Shown: piece after piece, positions 53,463-64,000 of the stretch
Layout: each line of letters starts with the position of its first letter
Numbering within the stretch: the first letter of the stretch is position 1
From: Tubulanus polymorphus
Lineage: Eukaryota; Animalia; Nemertea
Length of the DNA stretch: 64,000 bases
Assembly: GCF_964204645.1 (NCBI RefSeq)
Contig: NC_134026.1
Location: forward strand, 11,245,950-11,309,949
Direction of reading: 5' to 3'
Notes under the pieces: generated by a model
The model's input: only the letters and a program-made list of their open reading frames with translations
Told to the model about the DNA's origin: nothing
Databases searched by the model: none
Made by a program: the position numbers and the translations under genes

Positions 53463-54514
53463 GATCATGCGATGCTGTAAATGAAAATCCACTGTGGTTC
53501 TTATAAATAGGTGTTCAAATTGATAATTAATTTGACTACCTGGAATTCTACATATTTTGATGAAACCGAAGGTGTTGCTCATCTTTCTCTGCCTCTCTGA
53601 TGACAATACGTTGCTTGACGCTGCTTTTGATATTGTATGAATTATCCAATCGTATATACGTATGAGCTGATGAGTGACGTTGCGTCTGTCGAACCAGATG
53701 TGTTTTCAAGCCGGTTGTGATTCAAGAAATGATTTACGAATATTCACCTCGAACAACCAGAGAGGGCAAAGGATTTAATATTTTTGTACTTATACATATC
53801 GCCAGTATCGTTATTCGCTTATCACTTATGAATGTTATGTGTTTCCTCCACTGCCGTGGATTTCATTATCGCTTTTCATAATTCGAAATGATACGGGGTG
53901 TTACTTGAACACGAGTACTGATAGGGATTGAAACTTTTCATAATGTAATCCCCAATGCAGTGCCTACGAATACTACTTGTAAACAAGTTTATTCATAAAT
54001 GTACGAAAGGTAAACCAAATCTTACAGCTAAACAAACTAAATATTGATGTTTTTCATATATTGTGATCAAACTCTAACAACCTTATCGGGTATCACTCTT
54101 TTCAATAAATTTTTGTGATCGTGAAATAATAATCCCTTATCATTAAACACACTCTATGGTAAATCTGTGATTCCAAAATATTCGTCATTGTGTTTAATAA
54201 AGTAATGAAGTGTTCATGAAATTTTGTTTGTTTCTGAAAGTTACCCGCGCTGTCTTGGAAATGGACTAGCACCGTCGAAAACAATTGGATGGATTTCATG
54301 CCAGGTAAAATGAACGTAAAACAATGAAAAATTTTTTTCATTATTTTTATGTTATAGTTATATTCATTGATTTAACATTGTTTTATGTCACCTTGGAGTA
54401 GTCCGATTACTCCAAGATATCACGTAAAAACCCAATAATTTATACGCCGCCTCAAATCAACGTTAAATGGAACGAAGACACATTTTTCATTGAATCTATG
54501 CGCAATTATGCAAA

Positions 54515-55870
54515 AGGCATTAGACCACAATTAGGTTAGCAGCTTGAAGATGCGAAGGACCGGACTCCAAAAGTAGTACCGGTACCTAGAATGAAGAAGA
54601 GGTCCCCCAAAAATGTTGCCATAATTCTGTAAATGGGATAGGTAACGAATTTCGGTGAAATCCATTGATCCTCGAGACAGATTGACGATGAAATATCCCC
54701 AAACTTTTTTTCGGGTACTTCTAAAGTACGAAACGATGAAATATGAGAGGAAATTACGAAATTTACTACATATGAAACCAAATTACGAAAAGCGAAAGTA
54801 CGTAACGAAGTGCTAAACTACACGAAATGGCCATTCTTTCGCATGTTTAGCGATTTCATCAGAATCCCTGCCGGAGAATGATCTGCGCATGCTCATCTAC
54901 AATTTGAAGGGACTTATCAATAAATTATGGGTTAGAGAACGAAGTGTGCTTTAAAACATATACTTCAGTTTTTAGGCTAAACATGTGATATCTTGTTTCT
55001 CCACTCTATTGAGGCCGCCTATATGCCCTGTACATTACTTTTTTTTAAACCATGATTAGGCATACAGTTACAAAGCCGACAGCTATAGAAATGACCAGAT
55101 CAAAACATTTTATTGGAATCGACATAATGACCCGGCCGCTGCGGAGAAACAAGGTATTCATTTTTAGCCTTATGCTTCATTATTGGTTTCCTGGAAACCC
55201 TCACTTTGAATTTACGCTGATCAAGTGACTTGCTGCGAATCATGTTTGATCCACGAAGGAGGAAATGAAATAACGACCACGCACTACAGATTCCGATGTA
55301 TATTCATCGTATCAACTTTGGGACCGTCTCAAAATGTCAATAGGCTTAAAAAAACCCTACGGTTTAAGAACATGACATTCTTGATTACTTTCAAAGGATC
55401 ATTTACATGAATCGCCACAATTCTTACAATCCCATGGAATTTAACGGGCTTTGACTATAGTATGGTCGTGTTTGAAATATGACCATTTCGTTTCTTATTT
55501 CGTTTCGTACTTGAGCACTACTCGCAAAAAATTAAAAATTCCGTAATTCCGCTTCATATTTCGAAATTTAGCAGGACCCTTTTTTGCTAGGAGTAAGGGT
55601 ACCAAACACGGTGGTGGATTCCCTTCGATATTCCGCTCGGATGTGCTGGCATACCTGTACTGGGATACCCCACCTTTCTAGCGGTTTGATTATTATAAAA
55701 GTTAGTTTGGGTATGTGGGGCGAAAACCACTTCAAGGTGTAGCTAAGATGCTGGGCTATGAGCCACGAGCAGGATTTCCCCTGAATTTACGCGCTTATAT
55801 ATGAACTAAACTCCCGAATTTCTTGTTTTAACTATAGGATATAGAAGACTTTGGAATAGTGCTCTGAGCA
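54515..55870. repeat. Copy 2 of the 3085-3595 repeat, split by a MITE
   Basis: Similarity to copy 1 stops at 54712 and resumes at 55580. Confidence 0.85.
54713..55579. mobile_element. MITE with GGGT termini and long imperfect TIRs
   Basis: GGGTACTTCTAAAGTACGAAA / TTTCGAAATTTAGCAGGACCC; 8-bp TSD tttttttc / ttttttgc; empty site cttttttgc seen near 3291. Confidence 0.8.
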
Positions 55871-56242
55871 CAAAAGTTTTTAAAATGTTTTTAGTTTAAT
55901 ATTTTGCCGCGTGAAATCTATCATATTTTTAGGATTTATATACATGTTTCGTAAATACCCCACCTTTCTAGCGGTTTGATTATTATAAAAGTTAGTTTGG
56001 GTATGTGGGGCGAAAACCACTTCAAGGTGTAGCTAAGATGCTGGGCTATGAGCCACGAGCAGGATTTCCCCTGAATTTACGCGCTTATATATGAACTAAA
56101 CTCCCAAATTTCTTGTTTTAACTATAGAATATAGAAGACTTTGGAATAGTGCTCTGAGCACAAAAGTCTTTAAAATGTTTTTAGTTTAATATTTTGTGAA
56201 ATCTATCATATTTTTAGGATTTATATACATGTTTCGTAAATA
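55665..56242. repeat. Recent 290-bp tandem duplication
   Basis: 55665-55954 repeated from 55955 with a few substitutions and a 5-bp deletion; ata microhomology at the junction. Confidence 0.95.
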
Positions 56243-56267
56243 ATGGCAAAAATAAATTTCTTATATA

Positions 56268-56714
56268 CAGTGGAACCTCGTTAGTACGATGTCCGTGGGA
56301 AAATGAAAAATCATCGTACTAACCGAGCTAATATCGAATTAACCATTTGATTTGAAAAATCCCATAATTACCTCAACGGACAACCCGTAGAGATCGTATT
56401 CATTGAAATCACATTTTAATTCGTCCCTAAATTAAGGGATATGAACAATCTATTCAAATTTATAATAAGTACTGTTCAGTCGATTGGAGAAGTCCCTTGA
56501 TGGATTTTTCATGTTGTCATTATGGACCATCGTACTAAGCGTGTTTACTTACTATAGAAATGAATAGGAGAACTAAAATCTTACATCGTATTACCGGAAA
56601 TATCGTATTTACGTATTCGCACTAAGCAAACATTTATCTAGGGAAGTGCTGATACAAAAACCGGGTATTCTTACATTCATCAATTCCTACAATAGTACTT
56701 ACGAGGTTCGACAG
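56268..56714. mobile_element. Tc1/mariner (pogo/Tigger-type) MITE
   Basis: TA|CAGTGGAACCTCGTTAGTAC ... GTACTTACGAGGTTCGACAG|TA. Confidence 0.85.
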
Positions 56715-57109
56715 TAGTTCATTAATGTCAAAATGAAACATCAAATTTACTCGTCAAACTTTCATTTTTTAACCTGTCAATATGAAGCATCGTCAATTTA
56801 CTCGTCATTTCTACATAAAATGCTCGTCAAAGCATTATGTTTGACGTGTAAAATCACATATCGCCATCGTAGATACAGTGCCAGTTCCAATACTCATATT
56901 TGACACGTCAAAATCGATATCGTAGGTATTCTGTTAAAACTAAATGTTCACTCAAATGTCAAATTTGTCACAGCATTTTGAAGTTTAGATGATGCTTAAT
57001 TCTTTTGTGTCGTATACAAGCCCTATAGCCTATTTTTGGTATGTTGAACTAAAATTCCACGGGTCGGATAAGGTGCGAATTATTTATTTCTGTTAATCCT
57101 AAAGTTGTT

Positions 57110-57262
57110 GATATTTTTGATCTTAAAATAGGGATTGTCCCCATTATTTATTTATTTGGCTGGTAAATTTTGTTTGATTTTTCGATTGAGTGTCCCTTAC
57201 CGACCCACCACACCTGCCGGGAGCGAAACAGGGGGTTTGATTTTGAAAACGGAAATCGAAGT
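57110..57262 (-). repeat. Partner of the 20310-20460 repeat
   Basis: Same 41-bp core with one substitution; diverged flanks. Confidence 0.8.
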
Positions 57263-58039
57263 ACAGATATAGATGTGTGATCGGCGGTCGAGTTAACAGA
57301 ATATTTTTAAATCAAAGTACATAATTGGAAATTCGGTTCCGGTTCATCCAAACAATCTTCCATTCAGTCTGAACCGGCAAGCGACTGATTGGGATGAATT
57401 TTTCTGGCTGCCTAATTTAATACATTGAGATTCTGGAAATAGCTATATTACAAGGTTGAAGATCATTTTGTCCATTTTTATATTTTTTTGGTCGTTTTCT
57501 ACGTGAAAATAGTCCGATAGTTTATTGTGGTTTTTTCTCGAGTAGATGTTGATGTAGAAGTCCTCTAAGTTGATGATCCCGCGTGTTGACTAGATGGGAA
57601 GAAAGCACATTTCGAAACGCAAATTTTCCAGATGAGAGTATGGCCCTGGGGTATCCGAAGTGTAGTTGTATGACATCGACGGTGCAGCTCCGATGAGGAT
57701 GGGTTCTCCATCAAGGGGTGCGCAGTTGGTACTCCACATCTGGTGCTGAATTTGCCTAAAAGTAAAAGTTTAAAGTTGTTGATATTAGCCAGGAGCTGGT
57801 TAGGATAAACTTACTCAATCAAACTGCATGTACATATGCACAAATATTCTAGAAAACTCTACAGTATTTTGTGGACTCAACCCCGCTTGCCTGCCTTTCG
57901 CTGAAATCGGTAAAAAAAAACTAAAACGATGTATATTAAACAAATCGTTTTCAAATTAGAATAAGAGACCAGCAGTGTCAACAGGCCTTAGGCTTTCTTT
58001 CACAAACCTTCACACCGTCACTACTAATACCATCGTAAA

Positions 58040-58260
58040 CAGTATAAAGTGGCTGGGATCGAGGGGCTTGGTGTGTGCGTGTATTACCTTTATATAATGC
58101 GGCTGGGATCGAGGAGCTGGGTGTTTGCGTGAGTTGCCGTTATATCAAGTGTCTGGGATCCGTCCGACCCAATGTCGGCAATGTCGGCAAGTAAAACCAA
58201 CCTACATTAGATATCCCTTTCCCGATGTCGGCGATGTCGGCAAGTAAAACTAACCTACAT
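58040..58260. repeat. Second locus of the about 58-bp minisatellite seen at 5120-5370, followed by a short duplication
   Basis: tataaagtggctgggatcgaggggct units x2.5; atgtcggc.atgtcggcaagtaaaac.aacctacat x2. Confidence 0.8.
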
Positions 58261-58784
58261 CCAATTGCCTGCACTTCTCACTCCATGATCCCAAACGGAT
58301 GCAACTTTGCTATCCCTTAACCCTTTCAGTACACACCACCTTCCGGGAAGCCAGTAAAACATATACAGAATATACGCACCCCATTCCCCGAAGGGGGTCA
58401 CTTTACGTTAGATTATCATGTCGGGACTCGAACCCGATTGTATTTGAACGCTTCCCGGTGGTAGTAAACATCTACCAGGTGGTGCTCACGTAGATTTTGT
58501 GAGTGAATTTTAAAAGTTTTATGAACTTTTGACAAGTTTTGTGGTAAAACATAAGGAAAAATGGCACCGAATTGGAGACTAACAGTCAGTGAAGTGTTAA
58601 GATGATATTCAATTGGGTCTAACTGCAGTTTGGGTCACCTATCCACTGGGTGGCGCTAGTGTTATTAAAGAATAGTGTTATGGTAAGGTTAGGTACACCA
58701 TTAGGGACACCTAAACTGCAGTCATACCCCTTAGGCGTAGTGACCTAGAAAAATATATGATAAGCAATCATAGAAAAAGTACAA

Positions 58785-59065
58785 CATGAAAATGTACAAC
58801 ACGGAAATTGTCCGACATGAAATTGTCCTAAAAATCCAGTACTGGATTTAAATAGAATTTTCACTTCTGGAAAATGCACGACATGGAAATTAACATCAGT
58901 GAACACCTTGGAATAAGATAGAAAAATCCAGAACTGGAATTTGATAGAATAGTCACATTCGGAAATTGACCATCATGGAAATTGATAGAAATCTATTATT
59001 TTCCAGTTGGTCAATTTCCATGTTTGTCTATTTCCAAAAGTGATTATTCTATCAAATTCATGTTG
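58785..59065. mobile_element. MITE/MULE-type subterminal repeat foldback remnant
   Basis: Repeated catggaaatt / ctggaaaatg units, then inverted aatttccatg, attctatcaaattc. Confidence 0.45.
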
Positions 59066-59946
59066 GTTATTTTCTATGATGTGCTGTTTCATGTATGGTT
59101 TCAGCATCACTGCCTGGAATGTGGAAATAGCACAACAGGAAAATAATAGAATCTTTATTCACTTTGACCTATTTGACAATGATTCCTCTTATATGTGAAA
59201 ATCAATTTCTTGTTTTTGTGTGCATGTAAAGAGTTTTTAGTCCTCTGTGGTGTTATTATCACAATCATTTTCAAAAGTTTTTCGGTTTAATATCATATTG
59301 AAATTTGACAATATTCAAACAGAACAAAGAAATAACTGAATTATATCCTATAGCTCCATGTCGACAGTACTATAATTGTAACTGTGCTATTTTCCTATGA
59401 AATTTGCCCTGTTTTGGACCTTATTTATTTTACTGCCCTTGTTCATTGGTCATTTCTAGTCAAAATAAGATTCATGTTCTCCAGGGCTCTCTGCTCTCGA
59501 CGGATAACTTCAACTCATTTCGAATGATTGCGAAAATAATTACTTTCCCTATGGCGGAATTCCTTCATCTGTAAAGTAAACTTGGGCAAAAATAGGGGAG
59601 GGACAGCTGCCCCACCCCCCTTGAATCTGGATACTTTGGGAAGTGATTATTGAAGAGTCAAATATCGAGCAATTCGCTGCCATCTTAGTGTCATCAGTCC
59701 TCATCGGCAAGTGGAAAAAAGGTTTTTCTTTTAGGAAAATATCGACAGATTCTCTCATTGTTGACGCCTTCTATATCAATTGAATGCAATTCATTTCCAA
59801 TAATCATATCTTAATTTTATTTTACAATGTCAAACGCAGCACAAGTTGAACGTTTTAAAATACGATTTGAACAACATAGAACATAAGATATATACAGATT
59901 AGACAAGATCTAACAAGCGACATTACACTTAGATTTTTTTCAAAAG

Positions 59947-61387
<1,441 letters not shown>

Positions 61388-62769
61388 CTGAAAAATAAAA
61401 GAGGAATGTCAAGCTAAATCTTAAATTGCACATGCACATTCAATCTAAAAACCTTTCATTTGGGTCCGTCTGAGGCTGGACAACAATGAACATAGGTTCA
61501 CAGTGGCATAGAGATAAAAGTAGGTTACAAAAGGCCCAAGGAAAAGATTCCTTTAATAAAGTTGGGGAAAAAATCCCCCACTTTTTTACTTGGAGTGTAA
61601 GTAGATACAATTTTAAGGTAAATTTATAGCGCAATTTATTGTCGTCCATCCCTTTTTGTCACAAAAATTAAATTAATTTGTAAATCGTTAAAAAGGTGAC
61701 AAATTCGATTTTTGCGGGTCAAGCTATTTTCATAGCAATTTTTAAAATTCAAGGGACCGTCAGAAAATGGCACCTAGAAACTGGAAAATTCTTTATAGGA
61801 AATACTTCTTAATACTTAAAAGTTCATTAATACTTAATTACAAAAGAATATGAACAGGAGCATTTTACCACAGACCCAATAAACAGAGTTTAATTTTGTT
61901 ACTAAATCTAGGTGAACTGATTTTCAAGGGTTTTCAATGGATTTTTAACAGTTCTAATTTAGCGGCACCCTCAACATCTTTGATCTGGAATGGGGTTTTC
62001 AATGGAACTAGAAAGTTGTTTTCAAACATCTTCGTATAGATTTAACAAAGTTATGAAGAAGACAACATTTCCACAGGGATACGCCCATAATACCTCCGCT
62101 CAAAATACCTCCGCCCAAAATCCCACACCCAGAATCCCTCCACCCAGAATTTAAAAAAATGCTATAATTCTATCATTTAGATGCATAAAATACCACCAAT
62201 ATCGACTATTATACATATATTGGATCATATACAATGTATTACGGTATAATATGGTACAATTTCTAGTGAATCCAGTTCACGTGTTGGAAATTAACTCCTC
62301 TTTGATTTGTACAAACAACGAGATACTGGGATTGGAGTCCTAATACATATAAATTTAGATTAGGTTCCGAAAGGTTATATAAGTGAATATGCATTAAAAG
62401 ATATACATTTCTCTCCGATCCATTCATATTTAAGTGTCTAATGATGGGAATGACTTTACATACAATATAACTACCAAGAGGATTTTTACCTGTTACCATG
62501 AAATTCGAATGGTTTACAGTGGACTTAATATGAAACAAAGAGGTGGCTCACCAGCCTTAAAGTAGTCTATAATAATAGCTGGTGTATATTTGTCTATACA
62601 GAGACTGTAATTGTATTTCATGAACAGGGAGGGCTAGTGAGTGAATGAACAACTAAATGAGTTAATTTTACTTTATATACATCTAAAAAACTATTCGCTT
62701 TTTGACAAATCTTGGTTATATGAAATCCATTTACAGCTCAAAATCAATTTTGTGAAGTTCTGTTGACGC

Positions 62770-63444
62770 GATGTAGAGAGAATCCCACAATGATAATAAA
62801 AAGTCCGACAAATGAAACTTCGAGATAGTAGTTTATTTCAACGTTTCGACTATATCCTAATAGTCATCTTCAGGAATAATGAGATACTACAAAAATTATG
62901 AGATATATATACAATCCAGAGACAAAGAGACTAATTCAAGTAATCAGAGATGATACAAACTAAAGGAAAATTAACGTAGAAACAGTTACACGCTAGAATA
63001 GATTAAAGGGAAGCAAACCAAGGGGTAATTATAAACAACAATAGTGAGTATAAATATAAATTGAAACTTAAAATCAATAGTAAAGAGACAAACTAAGGGG
63101 CACTTAAATTAAAACAATGGAGTTAAATTAAAACAATTAAAACTTTAAACCTGAAAGCGGAGTTGCTAGTCATGTATTTCAGACCTCGCACAATTTTGAT
63201 TTCGCTAACGCTGAATTAATTTACCCTTGCAGCGATAAAACTAAAAGACATATTTTGGAATCTGCATTAATAATTGAAAATTCAAACAACGTTGTAAATC
63301 TTAACAATCTTAACATAATTTTTGTAGTATCTCATTATTCCTGAAGATGACTATTAGGATATAGTCGAGACGTTGAAATAAACTACTATCTCGAAGTTTC
63401 ATTTTTCGGACTTTTTATCATCATTGTGGGATTCTCTCTACATC
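62770..63444. mobile_element. Penelope-like insertion with inverted pseudo-LTRs, two hammerhead motifs and a GIY-YIG tail
   Basis: 130-bp inverted arms 62770-62900 / 63314-63444; 63144-63310 translates FKPESGVASHVFQTSHNFDFANAELIYPCSDKTKRHILESALIIENSNNVVNLNN. Confidence 0.9.
62834..62878 (-). ncRNA. Minimal type I hammerhead ribozyme motif
   Basis: Minus strand: tattc CTGAAGA t gactat-taggat-atagtc GAAA CGTT gaaata; 6-bp stem II, palindromic ACGT stem III. Confidence 0.7.
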
Positions 63445-63449
63445 TTGGT

Positions 63450-63670
63450 GTTTGGGTCCGCTGGACCGTTAGAGGCTGGGCAACACAGCCAGTTCCACGA
63501 GGGTGTAGCAATATGTACACATTAGTATGTAGTTTAAATATCCACAGTAGAAATAAAACTGAATAAGTTGTATTTGGGTCCGTTAGAACGTTAGAGGCTG
63601 GGTGACGCATCCAGTTCACGAGGGTGTAGCAATGTAACAATTATATCATTCACAGTAGAAATAAAAACGA
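63450..63670. repeat. About 120-bp diverged tandem duplication
   Basis: tttgggtccg...cgttagaggctggg...ccagtt.cacgagggtgtagcaat...cacagtagaaataaaa x2. Confidence 0.85.
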
Positions 63671-64000
63671 GTAATTCATATTGAGAATGTGAGGTACACA
63701 TTGTGTTGTTTCCTTTCTGTGAATCAGTTTCCGTTCCGCTCATGTATAGACACTCTCAGGACTCGATAAACAGCCGCTCGGACTGATGCTAAGGGCAGTC
63801 AATTTACTCCCGACGTGTCGTTTTATCAACGTAACGCTATATCAATATTCGAGAACCAAGGAATACCTGGTCGAATCAATACCGCCCGGCAGTCACAAAA
63901 AAATCGCTTCAGATCACATCAAATCGATAATTTTAAGAACCTCCTCAATCCAAACAGATTGAAATATAGACGTGGTTGATACATACGCTGACAGATGATC

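Noticed and set aside
53666-53695. Hammerhead-like CTGATGA...GAAC
   Set aside because: GAAA is not intact, stems I and III are not evident, and there is no Penelope context.

Overview
AT-rich animal genomic DNA, probably from a marine invertebrate (host not determinable from sequence alone); no rRNA, tRNA or CRISPR seen. Only two convincing host coding regions: the end of a coiled-coil protein ORF (5-1099) and an intronless class A GPCR resembling FFAR4/GPR120 (probable start 51244, not 51076). The rest is a dense transposon landscape: a decayed LINE, three Penelope-like remnants carrying hammerhead ribozyme motifs, a tRNA-derived SINE, many MITEs (one triple-nested), and a Helentron-type (HINE-like) family with about 15 termini, including a 1.7-2 kb inverted pair. 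Most notable: a decayed MULE transposase ending in an acidic tract plus an IAP-like RING-HC finger (not shown in the ORF track), an element with A...BA...B split repeats, and a 41-bp stem-loop conserved between two otherwise diverged loci. All coordinates were read by eye and may be off by a few bases; no database searches were run.
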